From a virus, in the IMG/VR virus record IMGVR_UViG_3300032288_003949, positions 16,926 to 80,925 of that record: a stretch of DNA of 64,000 nucleotides, one strand, 5' to 3'. Under the pieces are notes generated by a model. That model did no database searches. It saw nothing but the letters and a program-made list of their open reading frames with translations, and had not been told where the DNA came from. The position numbers were made by a program, and so were the translations under genes. Each line of letters begins with the position of its first letter. The first letter of the stretch is position 1. Of the stretch, positions 27,092 to 35,725 are shown one piece after another.

Positions 27092-27619
27092 ATGAAGATC
27101 TCTGTCAAGAACTACAAGGTCGTCGCCGAGCTGTCCGAAGAGACAGAGTGCTACACGGCGACCATCTACATGGATGGGAAGCGCATCGGCAAGGCTTCCA
27201 ATCGCGGCTCCGGCGGGCCGGACGAGTACCTGTTCGACTCCCGCGAGTTGTCGGACGCGTTCTACGAGTATGCGAAGGAGTGGGCTGCCAGCGATGCTGT
27301 GCAGAGCAACCCGCTCTACCGCTACGAGTTCGATGGTGAGTCTCGCTGCAGCGCCGACGCGGAAACTCTGGTGCAGGAAGCTTGCGCCAACTTCCGCCGT
27401 GTGCGGGATGCCAAGAAGGTCATCAAGAAGGGATATGCCGGTGTCGTGCGGTTGGAGGCGCAGGAAGGCTGGCAGCTTCTCATCCGCGAGTTCCATCTGC
27501 CGGAGGGGTTCGATCCTGCGGAGTGCATCGCTGCCGAGGCTTCGCCGGAGGATGCGGTGTTCGTCTACACGCCGGAGAACGGCCTTGAGAACAGGAGCGC
27601 ATGGGAGGTGGTCGCATGA
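27092..27619 (+). CDS. Conserved phage hypothetical protein (LSEET.CY.A.IY.DGK..N.G.GG)
   Basis: Strong RBS; familiar phage N-terminus. Confidence 0.8.
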   Translation: MKISVKNYKVVAELSEETECYTATIYMDGKRIGKASNRGSGGPDEYLFDSRELSDAFYEYAKEWAASDAVQSNPLYRYEFDGESRCSADAETLVQEACANFRRVRDAKKVIKKGYAGVVRLEAQEGWQLLIREFHLPEGFDPAECIAAEASPEDAVFVYTPENGLENRSAWEVVA

Positions 27620-27873
27620 GGGGCTGGGAAGGCGCTCAGTTCGCCGTTGCCGATGAAACGCTCCGTGTCGGAGACATGGTTCTGTGGCGCGGATCGTGGG
27701 GTCAGGGGATTGAGCAGGAAGCTCGCGTGACCCACATCGACTCCACGCAGAACGGGGAGAAGTATGGGATCCCTGTCGACGATGTGCGTTGGGGCGAGGA
27801 GTTCGTCGTCATTCTTGACAACGGACATTGGGCCTACTCGTATCAGGTGGCCCCTGCCGAGGTGGAATCATGA
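27616..27873 (+). CDS. Hypothetical SH3-like protein (VGD.V.WRG.WG..LDNGHWAY)
   Basis: ATGA coupling, GGAGG RBS. Confidence 0.7.
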   Translation: MRGWEGAQFAVADETLRVGDMVLWRGSWGQGIEQEARVTHIDSTQNGEKYGIPVDDVRWGEEFVVILDNGHWAYSYQVAPAEVES

Positions 27874-28100
27874 TCCGCGACAAGACGCAGCTTCTTGAAG
27901 ATTGCGCGGGCAATCGTTCGGCGGCTGCCCTTCGCATGGCGGCTCAGTTGGTCGAACAGGGCTTCCGGCCCCTTGAGGCATCGTATGTCGCTGCCGAGGT
28001 GTTCGACATCGACTCGTTCGCTGAGCGGCGGCGGCTGGATCGTGCTGTCCAGAGCTTCTCTGAGATGGAGCACCGCCAGGTTGTAGGTGCTGGGCTATGA
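27870..28100 (+). CDS. Hypothetical protein
   Basis: ATGA coupling. Confidence 0.65.
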   Translation: MIRDKTQLLEDCAGNRSAAALRMAAQLVEQGFRPLEASYVAAEVFDIDSFAERRRLDRAVQSFSEMEHRQVVGAGL

Positions 28101-28366
28101 GGCGCGTCGCTCCCAAACCAATCGATCCGTGCATTGAGTGCGGCGAAACCACCGTCGCATTTATCGGCACCAAATATGTCGGCATCGATCGCACTCCTGC
28201 CAACGGTGGTTGGCTCTGCGGGGCCTGTGGTGGCTACGAGTGTGACGAGTGCGGCAAGCCCATCGGTGTGGACGAGGAGGTTCGGGTCGGCGTTGAGCGC
28301 CCAACGAATTTCCACGACACTTGCCACGATCCAGAAAAGCATGGCAAGGCCGAATATGGCGCTTGA
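28097..28366 (+). CDS. Zinc-finger protein
   Basis: CIEC, CGAC, CDEC, HDTC. Confidence 0.7.
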   Translation: MRRVAPKPIDPCIECGETTVAFIGTKYVGIDRTPANGGWLCGACGGYECDECGKPIGVDEEVRVGVERPTNFHDTCHDPEKHGKAEYGA

Positions 28367-28407
28367 GTTTCTGCTAGTGTGTTGCGACCCGACCAAGGAG
28401 GAAGTTC

Positions 28408-29007
28408 ATGCCTAACCATTGTGAGAACATTCTGACCATCGCTGGCCCTGTTGAGGCACAGCGTGTGTTTCAGGAGGCCGTGCGCGATGTCGATCCGCCT
28501 CGGGAAGAAGACCTGCTTGGCGAAGTGAGCAACAATGAGGAGCTCTGCTTCTCGCTTGAGCGGCTGGTGCCGACTCCGCCCTTCATGAACGACCATGATC
28601 TTGCCAAGCGGCTGGGTCAAAAGCTTGGCGCTGTGAAGCGTGGCCCCGAGATGCTGCCGTCGTGGTATGTCTGGCGAGTCAACAACTGGGGAACCAAGTG
28701 GGACGCTTGGAACGCTTCGTGGCGGGCCGACGACTTCGGGCTGGAGTATCGGTTCACTACGGCGTGGTCGCCACCGCGTCCTTGGCTCCACACTGTGGCT
28801 CAGATCTTTCCCGATCTCAGCTTCGCCATCCGCTACATGGACGAGGGCTACTGCTGTCATGGCTGGGGTGTCTTCAAGGGCGAGGAGTGGCGCTGTGAAG
28901 AGGTGCCGCTTGAGTTCCCCGACAACGCGGAGGACGATGACGCTTACTGGCCGACGATTGGCGACATCTCTGTCCCGTTCTCGGCCTTCAGCGAGATCGG
29001 TGCATAG
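28408..29007 (+). CDS. DUF1281 / YubB ferredoxin-like (Api92-like) protein
   Basis: MPNHCEN.L, WYVWRVNNWGTKW, FTTAWSPP. Confidence 0.85.
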   Translation: MPNHCENILTIAGPVEAQRVFQEAVRDVDPPREEDLLGEVSNNEELCFSLERLVPTPPFMNDHDLAKRLGQKLGAVKRGPEMLPSWYVWRVNNWGTKWDAWNASWRADDFGLEYRFTTAWSPPRPWLHTVAQIFPDLSFAIRYMDEGYCCHGWGVFKGEEWRCEEVPLEFPDNAEDDDAYWPTIGDISVPFSAFSEIGA

Positions 29008-29136
29008 GCCCCCCCCGCGCCGCCAGCGGGAAACGAGGTCTGCACACGCCTGCCGATCCGAAACCGTGCCGCGACCCTGTGAAGTGGTGGTGGTTCGGTG
29101 CAGATTCACCCTATCCACACCCTGAAAGGAGCTGTT

Positions 29137-29904
29137 ATGCCGAAGATCTCTGAGCACGATGTCGATACTGCCTACTCCCTGCGGAAGCGGGGCTACTCAT
29201 GGGAGTTCATCTCTCAGGTGCTGGGGCATTCGCGTGGCGCTCTACACGAAAGGGCGCTGCTGAAGTACCGTCCTGATGTGCGGGCCGATGCAGAAGCAGC
29301 TTGGGAGAGGATAAGGGAGGCATATGTGGCTGGGGAGCCCAGGGAGCGTCTTCATGAGATTCTGGGTGGTTCTTTGCATGCCCTACGGGTAGCCATGAGC
29401 ATGGCGGATCCTGCTTCTCGGAACAGTCGACATGTGATTACGCGGCATCGGGGCAATGACTTCACCGACGAGGCGATTCTTGCGGCTGTCAGGGCGTGTG
29501 CGAAGGATATTGGCGAGACTCCCAGCGGATCTCAGTATGAGGCTTGGCGGGCCGCTGATCCTGAGCGGCTGAAGGCGACTCCTGGAGTTGCCACCACAAC
29601 TCACCGCTTCGAAACCTGGCGGGAGGCGTGTCTCGGTGCTGGGCTCGTTCCCAAGGAGCGCTTCGATGGGGCTGGTCGGGAGCGATACTGGACATCTGAG
29701 CGTGTTGAGGCTGCCCTGCGGGATCTGGCCGAGCGGGAGGGCGGCGAGCTTCCGCCACTTCCCCGCTATCTGAGCATCTCTCAGGGGCGCGACGACCTTC
29801 CATCTGTTCGGACCATCGTCATGCGCGTCGGAAACTGGGGGCCTGTCCGTTACGCAATCAACAACGGGCTGCCGCTCAGCGATGTCCGAGTCCCGAAGGG
29901 CTAA
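29137..29904 (+). CDS. HTH plus homing-endonuclease-associated repeat protein
   Basis: FTDEAILAAVR..IGETPS..Y..RFETWREA..AGL and a second degenerate copy; AAGGAG RBS. Confidence 0.7.
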   Translation: MPKISEHDVDTAYSLRKRGYSWEFISQVLGHSRGALHERALLKYRPDVRADAEAAWERIREAYVAGEPRERLHEILGGSLHALRVAMSMADPASRNSRHVITRHRGNDFTDEAILAAVRACAKDIGETPSGSQYEAWRAADPERLKATPGVATTTHRFETWREACLGAGLVPKERFDGAGRERYWTSERVEAALRDLAEREGGELPPLPRYLSISQGRDDLPSVRTIVMRVGNWGPVRYAINNGLPLSDVRVPKG

Positions 29905-30122
29905 CTTCGCTGGATATCGGGTCGCTGGGGAGTCTCGGTGGCTTTGTGTTGACTGCGCCGAGTCAGAGCACGGTGCCACAGCCGTCTGGAGCGCTCTACA
30001 CGGGCTTCCAACCGATACAGGTCTAATCAGTCGTAGTGTCGGTCACATCCTGCGAGAAGCGCCCCTAGAGCGTTGCCTTCATTGTGATCGGATGTTGTGG
30101 GATCTCATCTGATCTCTGGATG

Positions 30123-30138
30123 TGCTATAATGCGTAGC
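30123..30138 (+). promoter_or_regulatory. Consensus extended -10 (TGcTATAAT) overlapping operator variant
   Basis: GCTATA-ATG-CGTAGC 30124-38. Confidence 0.7.
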
Positions 30139-30231
30139 GCAATCAGTTCGGTCTAAATCAGATCGAAATCGGATGTCAGGTTTTGGTCGACCCAAGCGAC
30201 TACCTACTAATCCGATTGAGAGGAGGATCAC

Positions 30232-30579
30232 ATGAAGGTGAAAGTACGGCAGTCCGATGGTCAGGTGGTCGATGTGGATGTCGATTCCCTGCCCGTCGTC
30301 AATCCCATTCCCGACTCGGAGCTTGACACTTTTGAGCTCCAGCTTCTTCGGATGTGGGAGCGACACCTTGTGGGAAGGGTGCGGTTTGTGGAGCGCCCGA
30401 AGGAGTTGAAGACGGGTTACTCGGCGAAGGTGGTCTGCGACGACCCCGACACCGAGCTTTTCCTGCCCGCTGTATTCCATGCGCGGATTGACGAGCGCAC
30501 CAAGCGGATCCGTCTGCGGATGCGGCATGCCTGCCGGATCTCTGGCGACGAGGGCGTGTTCGGAGGCACCAATGGCTAG
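30232..30579 (+). CDS. Hypothetical protein
   Basis: AGGAGG RBS. Confidence 0.7.
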   Translation: MKVKVRQSDGQVVDVDVDSLPVVNPIPDSELDTFELQLLRMWERHLVGRVRFVERPKELKTGYSAKVVCDDPDTELFLPAVFHARIDERTKRIRLRMRHACRISGDEGVFGGTNG

Positions 30580-31312
30580 TCCTAAGACTCGCTGGGAGTG
30601 TCCGAACGGCTGCGGCGCGGTCATGGGGCCGCGTCGCCCCCGCAAGGATGATGTGCGGCGCTACTGCCTGCCCTGCTCTGAGGAGTCCGGTAGGCTGGTG
30701 CAGCGCGTCGCCCCTGTGGTGGAGAAGGAGCGCGAGGCGGCTGCGGAGCGGGCTGCCAAGAAGCGGGCTGCGCGGGCTGCGCGGATCCGCGAGCGGAAGA
30801 ACAAGTACACGGCGAGTGGCCCTAGCCCTGTCATGGTGTTTCCGGATGCCGCTGGCGTTGAGCACTCCGTCAACATCCCCAAGGAGGTGCTGCGTGTTGC
30901 CAAGCGCATGAAGATCCACAAGCGGCTTGGCAGCGTTCAGGTCATTCGGCGCACTCGCGGTCGGGGGCCCAACGGTATCGGCGGTCTGTGCTACCCGCAT
31001 GGCGCTCCGAACGGGCCTGCGGGCTGGCATGTCGGCGAGGGCCGCGCTCACATCACCATCTCGGTGTATCGAGGAGCGAGCTACGAGCGGTTGTGCGCCC
31101 TGATTGCCCACGAGGTCGCGCACATCCGGCAGTGCCACCACAAGAAGGCGTTCCGGATAGAGATGGCGCGGACGATCTCTGCGGCATATCCAGGCCGCTG
31201 CGGTCGGTTGCCTGTCACGACTTCGTCGAGTGCCATGCAGACGGAGGCAGAAGAGCGGATGCGGGCTTGGGCTGTTGCTCAGGTCGCTGATCAAATCGAA
31301 CAGGAGGTGTGA
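30572..31312 (+). CDS. Zn-ribbon plus SprT/zincin-like metallopeptidase
   Basis: Start MASPKTRWECPNGCG (GGAGG RBS); YCLPC; LIAHEVAH..HH..F. Confidence 0.75.
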   Translation: MASPKTRWECPNGCGAVMGPRRPRKDDVRRYCLPCSEESGRLVQRVAPVVEKEREAAAERAAKKRAARAARIRERKNKYTASGPSPVMVFPDAAGVEHSVNIPKEVLRVAKRMKIHKRLGSVQVIRRTRGRGPNGIGGLCYPHGAPNGPAGWHVGEGRAHITISVYRGASYERLCALIAHEVAHIRQCHHKKAFRIEMARTISAAYPGRCGRLPVTTSSSAMQTEAEERMRAWAVAQVADQIEQEV

Positions 31313-31313
31313 G

Positions 31314-31493
31314 ATGAACAAGATGGTCGATCACATGGAGGCATGTCTGGCGCATACCTACGAGGTGAAGCTCAGGGAGCTTCGCGCTCAGCGGTCGAAG
31401 GCAGCAACGGCTGCCGAGCGCACCCGTATCGACAAGAGCATCCGCGAGTTTGAGCGGCGGCTCGGCTCCGGCCCTTCAAGGGGTCGGCGCTAG
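31314..31493 (+). CDS. Small coiled-coil protein
   Basis: AGGAGG RBS. Confidence 0.6.
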   Translation: MNKMVDHMEACLAHTYEVKLRELRAQRSKAATAAERTRIDKSIREFERRLGSGPSRGRR

Positions 31494-32242
31494 TTGGAGC
31501 AGCGTTGCGAGGAGTTGGCTGTCTTGGCGGTGCCGTCGTCGTAGGTGAAGGTGCCGCTATACAGCCATCTCTTTGTGGCGCACCTTGCCTTGGCGTAGCT
31601 CTGCAGCTTCCCCTTGGCCTTCCATGTCCGGAAGACCTTCGTGCGGAACTCTATGATCGCGCTGCCCAGCGGTAGGGCTGGGATCGTCACATCCAGCACC
31701 TTGCCGTAGCCGCGTCGATTGGCGGGCTTTATTTCTCCCACCAGCGTTGTGCCAAGCGCGACGGCGTTCGTCCATGAGTGGAGGACCAGCACGGGGTGTC
31801 CGTTGCGTGGCGGCGCGTTGAAGGCGGTGATGCTCGCGTCGAGGATCGTGTCGGTGAAGCCCGCCAGCGCGACCTTTGCATCTCCTGTCCCTACGATGCT
31901 GGTGGGGCAGGCCGCTCTTGCCATCTCTGCGGTGATGCTGTTCAGGTTTGCCCTGCAGACGGGCAGGCCGACGGTCGTGAACACGAAGTCGTTGTCGAAG
32001 AAGACCTGTGCTCTGGTCGCGGCTGCGATCCGTTCTCCTGGAGTCTCGGCTCCTGTGGTGGTCAACACTTCGATGGCGGTCTTGGTCGCCACCTTCTGCG
32101 GGTGTTTCGTCGGGCTTGCGGTTCCCCGAATGGTCTGGGTGTTGGCTAGGGCGCTGGCGGCTGCCATTAGGCCGATGATCGCCGCGTAGACGAGCGCCAT
32201 GCAGCCTACGACCAGCAGCTTGTGCTTAGTTACTTCTCTCAT
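31490..32242 (-). CDS. Secreted beta-rich protein with signal peptide
   Basis: Basic and hydrophobic N-terminus ending ASALA; GLPVC..ACPTSIVGTGDA; C-terminal Cys pair. Confidence 0.75.
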   Translation of the reverse strand: MREVTKHKLLVVGCMALVYAAIIGLMAAASALANTQTIRGTASPTKHPQKVATKTAIEVLTTTGAETPGERIAAATRAQVFFDNDFVFTTVGLPVCRANLNSITAEMARAACPTSIVGTGDAKVALAGFTDTILDASITAFNAPPRNGHPVLVLHSWTNAVALGTTLVGEIKPANRRGYGKVLDVTIPALPLGSAIIEFRTKVFRTWKAKGKLQSYAKARCATKRWLYSGTFTYDDGTAKTANSSQRCSN

Positions 32243-32369
32243 TGTCCCGCTCCCTTCTGTCTTGCTCCATCTGCTCGGCCCATCCGAGCTTGTGGATGAG
32301 CACGATGATCCCAAGGGCATAGAAGACGCCGCCGCTGAACCCGATCATGAAGGGCTCGGCAGCTTCCAT
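32226..32369 (-). CDS. Small single-pass membrane protein
   Basis: TAATG coupling; FMIGFSGGVFYALGIIVLI. Confidence 0.5.
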   Translation of the reverse strand: MEAAEPFMIGFSGGVFYALGIIVLIHKLGWAEQMEQDRRERDNERSN

Positions 32370-33079
32370 TATTCGTCGTCCCTGACGACGGTTGCGAGCT
32401 GTTCGGCGGTCGGTTTCCCACCTGCGGCCCTTGCGACTTCCATTACGGAGCGCAGCAGCGCGGGCAGGTCTTCCCTTCCCTTGTAGGTCATGTCGTCGAT
32501 GCTCTCGTCCCATGACGGATCCCATTCGATTCCGGCGATGTAGTAGGCCAGCGAGTCGACATCGCCCTTCTCGGCCAGCATCCCGATCTCGTCTAGGTAT
32601 CCCGCCAGCATCCCTTCGTCGATGTCGGGCGTTCGGTCGTAGGCTTCGCTCATCTTCTTGTTGTCCAGCACTTCCTTGCGTTTCCGCGCCTTCGCAGCGA
32701 TGGCCTGTGCCGCTTCCCTTGTCTTGGGGACGGGTTCGCCCCATGCGTTTGCCATGAGCGCGAGTCTGGTCGGTTCGCCCTTGTCGTCGACCATCGGCCC
32801 CTTCGGGTTGGAGTAGAAGCGCGTTGCCCAGCTGATCCAGCGGCGCTTGTCTCGGTCGCTCGCTTCGCTGTAGTTCTTGACTCCAGGCCGGATGTTCTGG
32901 CCTTGGGCCTTCAGCGATCTGCGACCCGCAGCGTTCAGGCCGCCCTTCGGGTTCTTGCCCTTCTTGGTAGTCCAGGCTTCGGCTTCTTGCAGGATCTGCT
33001 CTAGCTCGGTCGGCGCAGGCTCTCTCTCGGTTACTCCGAGCCTGTCGATCAGCGCGTCGTATGCCGTTGCCTTGTCCAT
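32369..33079 (-). CDS. DUF6321-like basic domain protein, probable internal head protein
   Basis: AWTTKKGKNPKGGLNAAGR..KGPMVDDKGEPTRLAL..AW, flanked by LQEA and MSEA. Confidence 0.7.
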   Translation of the reverse strand: MDKATAYDALIDRLGVTEREPAPTELEQILQEAEAWTTKKGKNPKGGLNAAGRRSLKAQGQNIRPGVKNYSEASDRDKRRWISWATRFYSNPKGPMVDDKGEPTRLALMANAWGEPVPKTREAAQAIAAKARKRKEVLDNKKMSEAYDRTPDIDEGMLAGYLDEIGMLAEKGDVDSLAYYIAGIEWDPSWDESIDDMTYKGREDLPALLRSVMEVARAAGGKPTAEQLATVVRDDE

Positions 33080-33141
33080 GTCTCTAGGCTAGGCAGGCTT
33101 CGGGCAGTCCGGCGTTCGGACTGCTTAAGGTTTCCTAAGCG

Positions 33142-33831
33142 CTAGGGCTTGAGGTCGAGGTCGACTCGGCAGTAGCCTGAGCGGACGCCGCGATCTGGCT
33201 CGGTGCTGGAGGTCTCTACGACCGTTCCGAGGACGACTCCTGTGCTGGTGCCGCCGCCTGTGGTGGTGGTGACGACTGCGGTGCCTGCTCCGCCTGTCAG
33301 CGATCCTGCGTTGGTCGTGAGCTGCGCGACATTGGTATCGGCCAGCGCTCCGCCGAAGGTGATCGTCCAGTTGCCCGCGCTCGGCTTGGCTACGGCGACA
33401 TCTCCTGCGCCGATGTTGCTCAGCGCTTCCAGCGCAGTGTCTAGGGTCGCGGCGCTTGCGTCCCATGCGATTGCCGAGGTGGTCTGGCCGCTGAAGGTGA
33501 GGGTGAAGGTGCCGCCGGTTGCGTCGACCACGAGGGCCTGCACTTCGTCGGTGACATTGTCGCTCTGCAGGGCTCCTGTGGTGCTGTTGACAAACAGCGC
33601 GGTGCCGACCGAGAAGCCGCCTGCTACTTCGGCGACGCCTGTGTTCTGGAGGTAGAAGTCTTCGCCGTCGGCGATCACATCTTGGTCGGCGATGAGCGAG
33701 TCGAAGCCGACGCCTTCCTGCTTCACGGCTATTCCGGCGACATTTTCTTCGATCACGGCGGTGCCGTGAGTGTAATCTCCGCCGGAGGAGTTGTCCGTGT
33801 AGATGCCTTTGCCTTGTGTTCCGTAGGGCAT
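33142..33831 (-). CDS. Capsid decoration/cement-like protein (DUF2190-like) with inserted beta domain
   Basis: G.AV...VAGIAV..IADGEDF..GVAEV; insert DEVQAL..TGGTFTLTFSGQTT.AI..ALEAL..IG.G.V.V seen in actinophage structural proteins. Confidence 0.6.
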   Translation of the reverse strand: MPYGTQGKGIYTDNSSGGDYTHGTAVIEENVAGIAVKQEGVGFDSLIADQDVIADGEDFYLQNTGVAEVAGGFSVGTALFVNSTTGALQSDNVTDEVQALVVDATGGTFTLTFSGQTTSAIAWDASAATLDTALEALSNIGAGDVAVAKPSAGNWTITFGGALADTNVAQLTTNAGSLTGGAGTAVVTTTTGGGTSTGVVLGTVVETSSTEPDRGVRSGYCRVDLDLKP

Positions 33832-33890
33832 GCGGCAATCCTACGCTTCTTTTTTGCGACCCTTCGATTCGGACTTTCCGCGTCCGTATG

Positions 33891-33924
33891 TGCTACACTG
33901 TGTAGCGCAATTCGACCTAGGAGG
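33891..33924 (+). promoter_or_regulatory. Extended -10 promoter with perfect operator palindrome and RBS
   Basis: TGcTACACT; GCTACA-CTG-TGTAGC 33892-33906; AGGAGG. Confidence 0.75.
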
Positions 33925-33929
33925 TTCGT

Positions 33930-34151
33930 ATGAGCACGAATGAGAAGCTCGTCGTCTACATGACGCCGGACAGTCAGGAGTTTGCTCTGCAGCTTGCCCG
34001 CAAGCAGTTGGAGAGCGTGACCGCGAGGGCGGAGATGCAGAAGCGCTGCCTGCCGACCATGACGGAAGAGGGGCATCGGCTCGCTGCCGAGGCTTCCGAT
34101 CTGGCGTTCCTGATCAAGGACCTGGAGTCGGCTTCTGGGGAGGTGGTCTGA
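33930..34151 (+). CDS. Hypothetical protein
   Basis: RBS and promoter. Confidence 0.7.
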   Translation: MSTNEKLVVYMTPDSQEFALQLARKQLESVTARAEMQKRCLPTMTEEGHRLAAEASDLAFLIKDLESASGEVV

Positions 34152-34496
34152 ATGTCCGAGGGCGTTCTGTTCACTCCACGCATCTCCGTGCATGCCAAGG
34201 GCAAGTTCGCTGGTCTGCAGATCCGCGAGATCGACGACAAGCGCATCGTGCGGGTCAACATGGAGATCAGCAAGGCCGACCGTGCCGCGCATGGCGCTCT
34301 CTCCGAGGGCGAGTCCTGCGATGTGACCGATATCCCGACGGGTATCGTGGTGCGGGTCAGGCCCGCAGCCTGTGGGCTGGATTGCTTCTGCGATGCGGAG
34401 ATCACTCGCGTCGTCGACAATCCGTTCGCGGTTGTTCAGGAGGCCAAGGCTGACCACGCTCTCGCTCGTCGCAGCGCGGAGTTGGCTGCTCGCTGA
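34152..34496 (+). CDS. Hypothetical protein (CGLDCFCDA motif)
   Basis: GGAGG RBS; abuts upstream stop. Confidence 0.7.
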   Translation: MSEGVLFTPRISVHAKGKFAGLQIREIDDKRIVRVNMEISKADRAAHGALSEGESCDVTDIPTGIVVRVRPAACGLDCFCDAEITRVVDNPFAVVQEAKADHALARRSAELAAR

Positions 34497-34554
34497 GCTG
34501 CTTTCTGCTACCCTACGCAGGCTGCAAGTTGCGGGGGTGATGAGCAGCACGATT

Positions 34555-34578
34555 GCCCGCTTCGGCGGGCTTTCGTTT
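34555..34578 (+). terminator. Intrinsic terminator
   Basis: GCCCGC-TTCG-GCGGGC-TTTCGTTT. Confidence 0.75.
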
Positions 34579-34734
34579 GCCTTCGGCCTGTGCTACACTT
34601 CTTCGCAGACGACTAGCCCGCCTGAGCCTTGTGTTCGGCGGGCAGTCGCCGTTCTGGGCAGATTCTTTCCATCTCCCTGTCAGGTTTCGGCCTTCTGGTG
34701 CGACTCATGTGTGTCAACTACCTAGGAGGTTCTC

Positions 34735-34995
34735 ATGACGGGATGGTGGGATGTGCGGTATCAGGGCGGCGGTCGGATCTGGGAGGAGTCGCGGGTGCAG
34801 GAGTGTGCCGCTCTCGTCCAGCAGCTGTCCGATGCCTTCGGCGAGCTTGGCTGGGAGATGCCTAACGATCTCGCGGCTGTGCTCGATGGCGGTTCTGTCC
34901 ATGACAAGATGGAGGCGCGGAATGCCCTTGTGGAGTTGGTCGGGGCGGTTGCCCGCTACCGCTCTCGCATGGATGTCGCCTATCGGGGTCGCTAG
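34735..34995 (+). CDS. Hypothetical protein
   Basis: AGGAGG RBS. Confidence 0.7.
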   Translation: MTGWWDVRYQGGGRIWEESRVQECAALVQQLSDAFGELGWEMPNDLAAVLDGGSVHDKMEARNALVELVGAVARYRSRMDVAYRGR

Positions 34996-35237
34996 AAGCG
35001 CTTGACAAGTCGGGGCTCGGTGATGCTTTTGAGCTCCGGCCTGTCGATGTGCCTTGGCCAGCGGTTCTCCATCGCGCCGAACACGGCCCCTAGCAGCAGC
35101 AGGGCTTCGTTCAGGTGTTGCATGGCTCCGCTTTCCAGCACTCCGGCGGCTATCGTCGGGTCGCTTTCCATCAGATCCACTAGCTCGGCAGCGTCGGCTA
35201 GGTCTTGGCTCGGCTTCGGTTCTTTCATCCTGTCCAT
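34992..35237 (-). CDS. Hypothetical protein
   Basis: AAGGAG RBS. Confidence 0.7.
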   Translation of the reverse strand: MDRMKEPKPSQDLADAAELVDLMESDPTIAAGVLESGAMQHLNEALLLLGAVFGAMENRWPRHIDRPELKSITEPRLVKRF

Positions 35238-35346
35238 CGGTTGCTCCTTTCTACCTTCATAGAAGGTCGCTTGCGCTGGATTGTGTCACCTTCGGTTTCT
35301 CGGTGTCGCGCTACACTTCGTCGCCGGTCTATGCTAAGATGCCTTT

Positions 35347-35716
35347 CAGAGTCGCGGACAGGGTTTCACGCAGAGCGACAGATGGCGAGAGGGTTTAATC
35401 ACTTGTCCGGCCTTTCGTCCCCCACCATGTTGGGGTATTCACGCGGCGCAACCGCATGGGGTTAGTGCGTCGGGGTTCGGTGCCACCCACGGAAGGCATC
35501 GGGACTAGGTGGCCAACCACCTTCGCCCGACCTGTCGGTAACGCAGATGGGTCTTGGCTGGGGCGGGTCGCTTACTTCTCTCGGCGGCCCGCCCTTTTCG
35601 TTGCGCTTGTCGCAACCGATGTGTTCGTCACCACGCCGGAGGTTGCGGCGCGGGGCCACATCGCCTGATCCGCTTCATCGCGCTTCGCATCTAGGCCCGC
35701 TTCGGCGGGTCTTTTT
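35347..35716 (+). ncRNA. Candidate structured non-coding RNA (about 250 or 370 nt)
   Basis: TGcTAAGAT at 35332-40, no credible RBS-led ORF, dense hairpins, U-tailed terminators at 35561-98 and 35693-716. Confidence 0.55.
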
Positions 35717-35725
35717 GCGTCTGCG

